Part shown: positions 19,024 to 28,061 of the stretch, in pieces | How the letters are laid out: each line of letters opens with the position of its first letter | Position numbering within the stretch: position 1 is the stretch's first letter | Origin: a plasmid | Sequence record: NZ_CP010801.1 | Direction: 5' to 3' (one strand) | DNA length: 64,000 nt | Notes under the pieces: generated by a model | Seen by the model: the letters and a program-made list of their open reading frames with translations, nothing else | The model's database searches: none | Told to the model about the DNA's origin: nothing | Position numbers and translations under genes: made by a program

Positions 19024-19431
19024 TCAGAATTGGTTGGCCAACCGGCGGGCCGCTTCGCTGAGGGCTGGCGTCGGCTGCGCTCTGTCGGGCGCAGGCGCAG
19101 GCGTCTCGATGCCAAGGGTTGATGTGTGATCGCTTTTCGGTGTGGACGGGTTGGCCACCGGCGCCGCAGGCTCTACCTTGGGCCCAACCTGTGTGCAACC
19201 TGTCACGCCTCCCGAACGCGTGAGCTCAAGCAATTGGCGTGCGCTATCCAGGTGGAATTCGAGGCGAGCCAATGGATCTCCTTGGCCTGGCCCGATCTCT
19301 TTGACGATCTGGGTCAGCTTGTCACGCAGCAATACGGCAACCGTGCCGGCCGGCAGGCTCTTGATGAACTGGGTCAACTCGGGGTGCTTGTCCGAGTGAA
19401 TATTCAACGTGATGCGCTGGACCTTTCCCAT
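19024..19431 (-). CDS. parR: ParR/StbB-like centromere-binding protein (putative)
   Basis: Small basic N-terminus MGKVQRITLNIHSDKHPELTQFIKSL (RHH-like) directly downstream of parM. Confidence 0.45.
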   Translation of the reverse strand: MGKVQRITLNIHSDKHPELTQFIKSLPAGTVAVLLRDKLTQIVKEIGPGQGDPLARLEFHLDSARQLLELTRSGGVTGCTQVGPKVEPAAPVANPSTPKSDHTSTLGIETPAPAPDRAQPTPALSEAARRLANQF

Positions 19432-19432
19432 A

Positions 19433-20408
19433 TCACGCCACCTGCGGTTCCCGCATGCGCAGCTTGTACTCACCCTGCCTGCGCATGCCTTCGGCAACAG
19501 AGAAGCGCGGATTCGCCGGCTTGACGACACGTTGCCAGCGCGACTGGATCGCCTCGACGACATAGTCGCTGCCCCCACCTGTGACGATGATTCCGTCGAG
19601 GCCACGCGCGTCGGCAGCAAACAGGGTGTCGGCTGTGTCCAGGATTTCCGAGATCATCGGGCCAAGCGCATCGTCGACTTCGCGATCGACGCCGACCATT
19701 TCGCCGAAGTTGCGCATCTTGCGTGTGCGCAGAATTTCCTCGCACTCCATGAGCGTGGAGGAGACGCCCGAAACGCTGAGCGCCTTGCGCAGTCGATCGG
19801 TGGCTCGGCTCACTCCGCTGCACGACGCGGTCTTGTCTTCGATCCACAAGCCATTGCGGAGCAAAGTGAAATCGGTGGTGTAGTAGCCGACCTCGATGAC
19901 TGCCCAGGACTCGCTCTCCAGGGCGTGAGCCGAGCGGAGAACGCCGCGCTCGTCGATCATGTGCAAGCTGAACGGGCCGAACGGCTGGGACATCACCATC
20001 ACTTCAGTGCCCAGAAGGCGGCTCGCGCGTTCGCGCAGTGCGTCGCGCTGGCGAGCGTAAAGGCCAGCCGGCAGGCCCAGAACGATCAACGCTTCCTCGT
20101 CCGCGCCAGATTCAATGGCCAGGCGCTGGCCGGCCAGAAGCAGTGCGTCGTGCTGAGATGTCTGCACCCAGTCCTCGAAAAGACCGGGTGTGGTGCGCAT
20201 GCCACCCTGGGCAATGGCAGTTTCGCCTACGAAGTAGGAGCGACCGCCGACCTGGACGGTTTCGCGCGCTGCGCGCTTGGCTGCGCCATCGTCGTAGATG
20301 GTGAAGGCCGGTACGACGGCCGTGGGAATCAGCGCCGTTTCGGGGAGAGCGCCGCGCGAGTACGCCAGTTTCACAGCAGAGTGGCCAACATCCAGACCGA
20401 TTGCCTTC
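19433..20408 (-). CDS. parM: ParM/StbA actin-like plasmid segregation ATPase
   Basis: Phosphate-1 motif IGLDVGHSAVKLAY and adenosine motif IIVTGGGSDYV. GTG start with GAGGA RBS. Iteron array upstream. Confidence 0.7.
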
Positions 20409-20469
20409 ACGTTTTCCTCACATAGAAAGATTCTGTAAAACATACTATTCCGCGCAACATATCGAAGTC

Positions 20470-20760
20470 AAGTAGTCGGCCGCTGGTCGCTGCTGATTGG
20501 CTGCTCGATGATGCTCTGTAGCTGCGCGCTGCCGCTGCTCATCCGCTGATCGCTGCCGGATAGCTGATATGGGCTGCTGTTTAGCTGCTCACTGCTGCCG
20601 GATAGCTGATGTTGGCTGCTGTTTAGCTGCTCACTGCTGCCGGATAGCTGATGCAGGCTGCTGCGTAGCTGTTCTCCGCTGCCCGATAGCTGCTAATCGT
20701 TGCCGAGTAGCTGCCCGACGCTGCTCATTAGCTGCTGGTCGCTGTCAGATAGCTGCGCGT
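20470..20760. repeat. parC-like centromere: ~10 tandem 18-bp TAGCTG(C)-containing iterons alternating two unit types
   Basis: TAGCTGCTCACTGCTGCCGGA / TAGCTGATGTTGGCTGCTGTT recurring with 18-bp period, upstream of and divergent from parM. Confidence 0.6.
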
Positions 20761-21364
20761 CTTAACTCTTTGCCCCATTTACTGACGCCACGGTTGGCGT
20801 GTGCGCGTTGAGAGTGCGCGAGATCGGATCCGTCCGTCATAGGCTGTTAGTCCATGCATCGCAGCTGGGCAGAGCGCTACCCACGAGGGTCTGAACGTAG
20901 GGCGCTCGCGTGCCATACAAGAGGGGCTAGCGGAACCAGCCACGCAGATCCTTTTGGGGGCATTCAGGTGCCGAACCCAGAGACGTGCCTGGTGTGTTTG
21001 GCCGTGCAATACCCCGGGGTGCCCTACATAGCCTTTTATATGCAATACCGGGGTGGCCTTAACTTTTCCTGGAGGCATTTTTCTCGTCAGTCTTGGCGCT
21101 CCCTCGCTGCGCTCACTCGCTTCGTCCGAAGCGCGGTTTCGACACCCCTTCCACTCCCTCGCTGCGCTCACTCGCTCCATCTGCAGTACCGCCTGGGGCC
21201 CCCTTTGCGCTCGCCTTCGCTCGCTCAGATCGACCGTACATGTGGAAGGGCATGTTCGCTCGCCTTCGCTCGCTTGTTTCCGGACTCATGGCCCAAATGG
21301 TGGCGGTAGGTCTGGTTTTCTGCTGTTGCGCGCAATGGTAGGATAGTTAGAGGAGGAATCTGTT

Positions 21365-21913
21365 ATGAATCGATACGCTCCCTGGCGCAGGGATTACGCT
21401 ACCGGTGCGGCCAGATTGCTGGTCGGGCTGCTGCTGGTGTGGGCAGCATGGCGCGCATCGGCATGGTTCGTGGTGGCCACTGGTGTCTTGCTGATTTTGA
21501 TGGGGCGAGCGAACGTAGCCCGGGGGGTGTTTCGGGAGAGAGGCAAGGCGGTGGAAGCGCAGGCTGTCGGAGAACTACGCCGGGCGGTCTGCTCGAAGGT
21601 TGTCGTCCATGCGTCGGTTCCGTGCCCATATGGCGATGTAGACGCCTTGCTACGTTCATACGGCATGACATGGGCGATCGAGATCAAAGCCCAGAGGGCG
21701 GTGGCCGTGCGCTGGGGGCGGTTGGTCTCGCGCAGTCCGCGGGCACACAAGGCACTGGCACAAGCGCTCAGGTCTGGGCGATGGGCCCGAGCTCAGCCGG
21801 TGGTCTGGTTCCCGTTGGCGCGACAGCGGAGCAGCGGCATGGTGGACGGGGTTCTCGTGGTCTGCGGTCCGGTGAGGGATCTACTGCGCCAGGCCGGGAT
21901 CGCTGGCCGATGA
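21365..21913 (+). CDS. NERD-domain (PD-(D/E)xK) membrane-anchored nuclease-like protein
   Basis: Two N-terminal TM helices, then GDVDALL...WAIEIKAQ (D...EIK motif). Confidence 0.5.
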   Translation: MNRYAPWRRDYATGAARLLVGLLLVWAAWRASAWFVVATGVLLILMGRANVARGVFRERGKAVEAQAVGELRRAVCSKVVVHASVPCPYGDVDALLRSYGMTWAIEIKAQRAVAVRWGRLVSRSPRAHKALAQALRSGRWARAQPVVWFPLARQRSSGMVDGVLVVCGPVRDLLRQAGIAGR

Positions 21914-21914
21914 G

Positions 21915-22190
21915 CATTGATTGCGGCGCATATCCATAGACCTGAGACAAACACACGCATCGATCGGCGGAACGTCTATTGATTGAGGCGCATGCAAAGG
22001 GCTTGAAGGCGGCCCGACAACTCGGCGACGCAGATTGAATGCGGCGCATTAATTGGAATCTGACATGTTTGTTTGCAGCGCATTGGGGTGGATAAATTGA
22101 CAAAGGCCCGACAAGATCCTCGCTATGACCCAGAGTTGCGGGACCAAAAGGCAGGGCGAGACAACTTGAATGAGGCGCATATCAAGGTTG
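21915..22190. repeat. four direct repeats TTGAWTGMGGCGCAT (iteron-like) plus two GGCCCGACAA boxes
   Basis: Copies at about 21918, 21986, 22040 and 22168. Confidence 0.5.
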
Positions 22191-22693
22191 TCGGCGCGGA
22201 GTTTTCAAGTCTGATCGCGCAGCACACCAAGCAGTTGGTGCAGTTGGAGCGGCGGATCTCACGTGTCGGTGAGTTGCTGCGAATCAGCCAACCGCCTGGC
22301 TACACAAAATACGACATTCGTTGGTGGCGGCGCGGCGCTAATGGCAAGCGCGTGCCGGTTCTCGTGCGGTGGCATCAGGCGCCGCAGTCGAAAAGGTTCG
22401 TGGTGAAGCCGGTGCTGCGCTATCGGGGCCTGGTCTCGTTGAGAACGGATGGATCGTTTGGGCTGTGTGCTGAGGAGACGCACAAGCTAGTCCTGTCGTT
22501 CCAGCAACTGAATGCGCAGTACCGCAAATACCTCGCGCGCTTCGAATTGATGCTCGGTGCCCAGCAGCAAATCTCTCAAATATTGGCGACAGATCTGGAT
22601 GCATCGAACGTCAAGCTCGACGTCTTGCAAGAGACGGTCGTTCGCAAGCTGCTGGACGCCGGCCATCGCGTGGACAAGAAGTACCGCATTTGA
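22073..22693 (+). CDS. hypothetical protein (206 aa), non-ATG (TTG) start, N-terminus overlaps the iteron array
   Basis: No internal ATG until near the C-terminus. Basic protein. Confidence 0.35.
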   Translation: MQRIGVDKLTKARQDPRYDPELRDQKAGRDNLNEAHIKVVGAEFSSLIAQHTKQLVQLERRISRVGELLRISQPPGYTKYDIRWWRRGANGKRVPVLVRWHQAPQSKRFVVKPVLRYRGLVSLRTDGSFGLCAEETHKLVLSFQQLNAQYRKYLARFELMLGAQQQISQILATDLDASNVKLDVLQETVVRKLLDAGHRVDKKYRI

Positions 22694-22751
22694 ATTGCCC
22701 GAGGCCGGAAAGAGAGGAGATCTCCCCGACCTGCCGTCCCCATTGCCCCGA

Positions 22752-23252
22752 TCAATCGCTGGTGCTTGTCCATGCATAGCGACGCACGCTCGGCCATCGG
22801 ACCTTGCGCGCACCTGGTCCGTGATCGAGATCGACGCGCATGAGTGGGACGCCGGCGGTCCTGGCGAGCCACCTGGCGCCATCATGGTCAGTAAGGGTGT
22901 CGATGCCGCCCTGGGGGAAGAGGCAGACACTCCTGCCGGCCGGTCCCGATCGCAAGGAGCGCAGCATCGTACGAAGACCTTGGCTGCTGCCTGGCTGCAT
23001 GGGGACCATGGAGCAACCTGTGATGGCGCCGATGGTGAGTAGGAGGGAGCGCCAGGGTTCGCAGAGAGAGTAGTCGGGGTCGACGCCGAAAAGCACCGGG
23101 CGGTTGAAGGCGAAGGCGAGCCGCGGCCCGTCGAGGAGGCTGCGGTGTGGGAAGACGGCGATTACGACTGGGTCTTGCGGGAGGAAGATGGTGGGCACGG
23201 GAGGCACCTCGGCATGCGCTACAAGTAAGCGCAACGATAGCACATGAAGCAA
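22752..23252 (-). CDS. possible acyltransferase-like protein (HX4D motif), weak
   Basis: FPHRSLLD (HX4D) and LFPQGG (FPEG-like). TTG start. Coding status uncertain. Confidence 0.2.
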   Translation of the reverse strand: MLHVLSLRLLVAHAEVPPVPTIFLPQDPVVIAVFPHRSLLDGPRLAFAFNRPVLFGVDPDYSLCEPWRSLLLTIGAITGCSMVPMQPGSSQGLRTMLRSLRSGPAGRSVCLFPQGGIDTLTDHDGARWLARTAGVPLMRVDLDHGPGARKVRWPSVRRYAWTSTSD

Positions 23253-23305
23253 AAAAAGTTCGTACTAAGCCGCACAACAGGCATTAGGTTGAGTATGATC
23301 TTGGC

Positions 23306-24145
23306 ATGATCTACACCGCCCCCCGTCTTTCGCAGATGACCAGAGTTGCCCGATCCCTTGCCTCGATCGCTCCAGCTGCTGCCTTGATCACGAATCCGGT
23401 CTTTGGCGCACAGGCCAACCCAGAACCAGGTGTCGATGCCGCGCAGGTCGCGCGGTCATTGCTATCGATTCCGCTCAACAAAGGGCTGTTCGATGTGGAG
23501 CACCAGGCGCATGTGCGTGCGATAGACGCCGAACGGCACATCCAGTTCGACGACCTGTACCTGTACGCGCCGCAGGGGGTGTACAAGCCGGGCCCGCGTA
23601 GTTCGACCCGGTTCTTCGTCGACCACTTCGCGGCGGCAGGCCTGGATCAGCCACGGTCCGGACAATCGTTGTGCGACGTGGGGTGCGGGACTGGCGCGAT
23701 CGGGCTCAGCGCGGCACGTCGAGGATGGCAGGTACTCGGTACGGACATTGATCCGAGCGCGGTCCGCGCGGCACGGCGAAATGCGCAGGCCAATGGCCTT
23801 GAAGCCCGATTCCGTGCGATGGGCGGGAGCCTGCTGACGCCGGCTGGCGATGAGCTCTTCGACGTGATCGTCTTCAATGAGCCGCTGTACGACGGTTCGG
23901 ATGGGGTGGTGCCGTTGTCGGCGGATGTTGCCGATCTGCACCAGATGTTCCTCGATCAGGCCCGCAAGCATCTGAAGCCAGGCGGGATGGTGCTGTTCGC
24001 GATTGCCAATTGCTCGTCGATGGCGGGCGACCTTGGCATCCCTGAACGATGTGGGTGGCAGGCGCCGCGCGTGATTGCCGCGGACTTCGACGCGCACACG
24101 CGCTACGCACGGGTACTGGTCGCCGCACGAGCATCGATGTCCTGA
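23306..24145 (+). CDS. class I SAM-dependent methyltransferase (small-domain/HemK-like, N(E)PL motif)
   Basis: LCDVGCGTGAIGL (motif I) and VIVFNEPLY (motif IV). Hydrophobic N-terminus. Confidence 0.7.
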   Translation: MIYTAPRLSQMTRVARSLASIAPAAALITNPVFGAQANPEPGVDAAQVARSLLSIPLNKGLFDVEHQAHVRAIDAERHIQFDDLYLYAPQGVYKPGPRSSTRFFVDHFAAAGLDQPRSGQSLCDVGCGTGAIGLSAARRGWQVLGTDIDPSAVRAARRNAQANGLEARFRAMGGSLLTPAGDELFDVIVFNEPLYDGSDGVVPLSADVADLHQMFLDQARKHLKPGGMVLFAIANCSSMAGDLGIPERCGWQAPRVIAADFDAHTRYARVLVAARASMS

Positions 24146-24195
24146 CGGACACCCTGAAGCACACCCTGGGTGGCAGCCTGACGGACACCCTGAAG

Positions 24196-24222
24196 CACAC
24201 CCTGACGGTAACCGTTTCCCGC
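24196..24222 (+). repeat. ori-like repeat copy A (GACACCCTG-N3-GGTAACCGTTTCC)
   Basis: Preceded by two tandem GACGGACACCCTGAAGCACACCCTG units (24141-24195). Confidence 0.5.
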
Positions 24223-24309
24223 ATTGTCCAGACTGGGTCCGCGCCCAAGGAAGTCAGGTCCAACCGCGATCGTTTGTTGATGGATAAGGCGGTGGAGGGA
24301 AGGATGGAC

Positions 24310-24639
24310 GCACGGATCGGTATCCTGAACGGCGGCAAGTTCTACGCTTTCGCCAACGGCTACCACACTGAACCGGTGATGGGCGCCCTCGAAGAGGTGG
24401 AGACCGCCTTGGGTCTGCGCCCAGTGGCCGCCAACCTTGCCAAGACGCGGGGTGCATACAAGCTGTTCAACGTCGTGCTTAGGTTCAAACACCCGGCCTG
24501 GGATGAAGTGAACGGCCTCGAATACCGAAACGTCTCCGCGCGCAGCAAGAGCGAGGCGAACAAGATCGCCCGCGATCGCGCATATGACGATGGGCACACG
24601 GTGGGCCGTCGCGCATGGTTCACTGCCACCGAAGCCTGA
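24310..24639 (+). CDS. hypothetical protein (~110 aa)
   Basis: GGAGGGAAGG RBS before MDARIGILNGG. Confidence 0.45.
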   Translation, partial: ARIGILNGGKFYAFANGYHTEPVMGALEEVETALGLRPVAANLAKTRGAYKLFNVVLRFKHPAWDEVNGLEYRNVSARSKSEANKIARDRAYDDGHTVGRRAWFTATEA

Positions 24640-24888
24640 AGACAACCCGGCCGCTACGCTTTTCCTGTTGCAACGAGCGTCGGGAGTGGGTGCGCCAGTG
24701 AAGAACGCCTGAGTCGCCCGCGCTGGCACTTGTCCGGGCGGTCGTCGCGCGGCTCAGCGCGGCTCGCGACCCCGAGCAGCGGGTCCCGCCACCAAGGCGG
24801 AACACTGCGGCGCCCCTGAATGGTCCACCCCTCTGCAAGCCGCTTTTCAGTGTGTTGACTGTGGGCCCGGCGAGTGTCGACACCTTGA

Positions 24889-24917
24889 CGGACACCCTGC
24901 TGGTAACCGTTTCCCGC
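24889..24917 (+). repeat. ori-like repeat copy B
   Basis: GACACCCTGCTGGTAACCGTTTCCCGC, extended similarity to copy A. Confidence 0.5.
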
Positions 24918-25310
24918 TAGAACGGACTTGGGCCGCACGCCTCTTCCGGTCGGCACCGGGAGGTGCCGACGGCTTGGTCAGCAAACGTTCAAGAGCATCG
25001 GGTGGCGGCGCGTGACGGTTCCTTCGAACACCACCCACGGCAAGTTGAGAACGGTATCCACGTCGAATGAGCCGCCGCCGTCGCGACTGGCGTACATGCC
25101 GATGATGCGCTCAGGCTGTGCACCCTCCGGTGCGCCAGGCGCAAAGTACATCGTGGCGTTCCACGCCAATCCCTCGGCCGTGATGCCATCGACCAACTGG
25201 CTGTCCATGCTGTCCCACTCCTCATTGGTTTGCAGACAGGCTGCAATATGCAGCCGCTTGTCGTCTTGCGATGAAAAGCAGGAGACATATTTTTACTTTG
25301 CCTAACCAAC

Positions 25311-25778
25311 TTGACAGACGCAACGCAAAAAACCAGAATCCAAGAATTACTAACGCGAGCAACGCCAGAAATTGGCGATATTCATGCCATGGGACAACGC
25401 AAAGTCAAAGACCTTGGGATTCTCGGCGAAAGGCAGCTGCGCCAGGTGAGTCTCACTGCGCGAGGCATGTACGCGGAGCTTGTGTACCTGATTTCCGGCA
25501 ATGACATGGGCAGCGAGTCGTTTGGCCGGATGCAGCTGGAGCCTGGCTGGATTTCCCGCCATGTTGGTGTCTCGGAGCAGGATGCGCAGCGGCTCCTGAG
25601 CGAGTTGCAAGAGGCCATGCTGATTCGGGTTGCGCGGGCTGGTGGCGGCTACGAGATCGAGGTGCCGGCGCTCATCCGAGCTCGAGATCTCTCGGTGAAG
25701 CGGGCGGCTGCAGGGCGCCGAGGCGGTAATCCTGCGCTACGCAAGGTTGTGACATACAGCGCTGAACTGGGGGCGTGA
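25311..25778 (+). CDS. hypothetical winged-helix-like protein; start uncertain (TTG overlapping a TTGACA box, or ATG ~25380)
   Basis: AT-rich promoter-like region at 25300-25380. Confidence 0.4.
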   Translation: MTDATQKTRIQELLTRATPEIGDIHAMGQRKVKDLGILGERQLRQVSLTARGMYAELVYLISGNDMGSESFGRMQLEPGWISRHVGVSEQDAQRLLSELQEAMLIRVARAGGGYEIEVPALIRARDLSVKRAAAGRRGGNPALRKVVTYSAELGA

Positions 25779-25789
25779 GGACTGGCGAC

Positions 25790-26302
25790 ATGGGAAAGAA
25801 AAGCAAATCCACCGAGAGTTCGCGTTGTCTGCCCTCCAGTCTGTGGGAGTGGCCGCAGGTGTGTGAGATGAGCGCGATGGGCAAGCTCGTCTACTTGTTC
25901 TTGGTCACAGGCACGATGTCTCGCAAGACTCCGCCGGGCATTGCGTGCGCTGGCATTGCGACGATCGCCGAGGCGGTGTCCGCAGATCGTGAGCAAGTCG
26001 TCGAGGCACTTGGCGAACTGGAGGATCTGGGCGTCATCGTGCGAGATCAGGCAACCCATGTGATTTGGCTGCCAGGCTGGATGGAAGCTGCCGAGCCGCC
26101 TGCCAATCCAAACGTTCTCATCCATCGGCTTCGCAGCGCGGACCAGATCCCGGAATGCGCTCTTCGGGACCGGTGGGTGCAGGAAATGCTGGAGCACGCG
26201 CAACGACGCGGAGCCGCTTTCGCGCGCGCGGCGGGCAAAGCCATTGACCCCGCGTTGTTGCCGCAGTCGGTGGCGGATGAGCTCGTCGGAGACTATGCAT
26301 GA
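25790..26302 (+). CDS. replication-organizer N-terminal-domain paralog (170 aa)
   Basis: Pattern LW..M.TG..S..PG...V.WLPGW....P.N.NVL.H...IPEC.LR shared with the N-terminus of the next protein. Confidence 0.5.
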   Translation: MGKKSKSTESSRCLPSSLWEWPQVCEMSAMGKLVYLFLVTGTMSRKTPPGIACAGIATIAEAVSADREQVVEALGELEDLGVIVRDQATHVIWLPGWMEAAEPPANPNVLIHRLRSADQIPECALRDRWVQEMLEHAQRRGAAFARAAGKAIDPALLPQSVADELVGDYA

Positions 26303-28044
26303 GAAAAGCAGCAGAGTCCGGCGGCTCGTTGCGGCCTGAAGGGCTTTATCGTCGCATCTATTGCCGGATGTGGAGCGACCAGCGGTTCACGGGGCTGTCG
26401 CGCGACGCGCAGCTGCTGTGGGTATTCATGCTCACGGGTCCGCACACGAGCAAGATCCCGGGCCTGTTTCGGCTCGGCAAGTCCACTGCGGCCGAAGAGA
26501 TGCGCATGGAGCTCGACGAGTTTGTGCAGACGTGGTCTGAAATCGAGTCGGCGGGCATGGCACGGGCGGACTGGGCGGCGCGCATGGTCTTCATCCCCCG
26601 CGCGGTCGTCTACAACCCGCCCGAGAGTCCTAGCGTGGTGATCTCATGGGGGCGAGCATTCCGCGACATCCCGGAATGCGATCTTCGCAATGTTGCACGG
26701 ACTCATCTGGCGCACTTCATCTGCCAACTTGGCAAGGGCTTTGCCGAAGCCTTCAAGACTGCATTCGACGATGAGCCGAACCGCTTGTTCATGGACCGCG
26801 ATCAGTCGATGACGAACCCTCCGAAGGCAGGGCGGGCCCCCTCGATGTCTGGGTCGGCCAAGGGGCCCAAAAAGCCGGCCGTTGAATCTGCGAGAAACGG
26901 TTACCAGCAGGGTGTCGGCCAGGGTGACTCACAGGGTGGTTTGCAGGGGGGGCTTCAAGGTGCCAATCAGGGGCAATCTTCAGCCCAGACAGCGGGCGGC
27001 GCAGATGCCTCCCACGGTGAAGGCGTGACGCGCGATCCTGTGGATGGCGACGATGCTGAGACCTCGAAAAATCAACGCTTCGGGGTTGATACTGGAAACG
27101 GTTACCCGCAGGGTGTCGGCCAGGGTGATAGGCAGGGTGACGGACATACCCCCCCTCATAAGCATAAGCAGGAGCATTTAGGTAAACCATCCCCTAAAGG
27201 GGATATGACGGACCTGCTTACGCAGGATCCTCCCTTCAAGCTGCCAGCGGCGCAGTCGTTGGATGGATCCGCCCCAACGCTTGAGACGCTCGGACCGATC
27301 CCCTGTCCCCACACGCAGATCATCGACCTGTACCACCGCATGTTGCCGCGTTTGCCAAGGGTGCTGCCCTCACGGTGGAGGGGGTCTGATTCGGAGACGC
27401 ATCTGACCGCCCGTTGGCGCGAAGGGTTGGAAGCCGGCAAGCGGGGCGTTGGCATTGAGGAGTTCGGCTTTGCGACGCGTGAGCAGGGGCTGGAGGCGCT
27501 CGAGCATTTCTTCGGTCTGGTTGCCGCAAGCCGCTTCCTGCATGGCGAAAACGACAAGAACTGGACGGCGGACTTGCGCTGGTTGCTGCGGCCGACCAAC
27601 TTCAACAAGGTCCTCGAGGGCCGATACACGGCTGGCTCGGACAAAGCCAGCGGCGCCGGTAAGGTGTCGCGGCTCGGCGTGCAGCCGGGCGATAGCTACA
27701 ACCGATTCGATCACTTCCCCGCTGCTCCGGGAGGAGGCCCGGAGGATCGCCGCGTGCTGCGCTTTGACGGCGGGCTGTACTTGCTTGGCGAGGACTGCGT
27801 GCTCCTTGACGCAATCGACGCGGATCTGGTCCAGCGCACGCTGGCCGAGCTTGAGCCCTATGGCCAAGTCGTGCAGGTGGGGATCGATCGATTGCCCGAG
27901 CGCGTGGCCAAGATGCGCACGGACAGGCAGCGCGGCTGGCTGCAGAGCCCGCCGATCCCACTGCGCCCAGAGGAACTGCCGGATTTCCCCCCGGTCGTCG
28001 CGGCCGCGCGGGCGGCCAATGACCGCAGCGTGACGGCGTTCTGA
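26299..28044 (+). CDS. putative replication initiator/replisome organizer (581 aa) with a low-complexity GQG linker containing ori-like repeats
   Basis: N-terminal domain paralogous to the previous gene. GQG-rich linker at 26880-27140 carries inverted repeat copies C/D. Followed by a DnaC-like loader gene. Confidence 0.5.
   Translation: MRKAAESGGSLRPEGLYRRIYCRMWSDQRFTGLSRDAQLLWVFMLTGPHTSKIPGLFRLGKSTAAEEMRMELDEFVQTWSEIESAGMARADWAARMVFIPRAVVYNPPESPSVVISWGRAFRDIPECDLRNVARTHLAHFICQLGKGFAEAFKTAFDDEPNRLFMDRDQSMTNPPKAGRAPSMSGSAKGPKKPAVESARNGYQQGVGQGDSQGGLQGGLQGANQGQSSAQTAGGADASHGEGVTRDPVDGDDAETSKNQRFGVDTGNGYPQGVGQGDRQGDGHTPPHKHKQEHLGKPSPKGDMTDLLTQDPPFKLPAAQSLDGSAPTLETLGPIPCPHTQIIDLYHRMLPRLPRVLPSRWRGSDSETHLTARWREGLEAGKRGVGIEEFGFATREQGLEALEHFFGLVAASRFLHGENDKNWTADLRWLLRPTNFNKVLEGRYTAGSDKASGAGKVSRLGVQPGDSYNRFDHFPAAPGGGPEDRRVLRFDGGLYLLGEDCVLLDAIDADLVQRTLAELEPYGQVVQVGIDRLPERVAKMRTDRQRGWLQSPPIPLRPEELPDFPPVVAAARAANDRSVTAF
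26890..26918 (-). repeat. ori-like repeat copy C (inverted, inside initiator CDS)
   Basis: GAGAAACGGTTACCAGCAGGGTGTC. The reverse complement matches copy B over 23 nt. Confidence 0.5.
27093..27121 (-). repeat. ori-like repeat copy D (inverted, inside initiator CDS)
   Basis: GGAAACGGTTACCCGCAGGGTGTC. Confidence 0.5.
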
Positions 28045-28061
28045 TCTCGAGGGAGGCGACC

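Noticed and set aside
19409-20425. 338-aa plus-strand ORF antisense to parM
   Set aside because: parM has clear actin-fold motifs. The plus frame is Arg/Ala-rich.
20470-20760. Tandem repeat array considered as a CRISPR array
   Set aside because: Period is only 18 bp with no unique spacers, and it lies directly upstream of parM. It is centromere-like iterons, not CRISPR.
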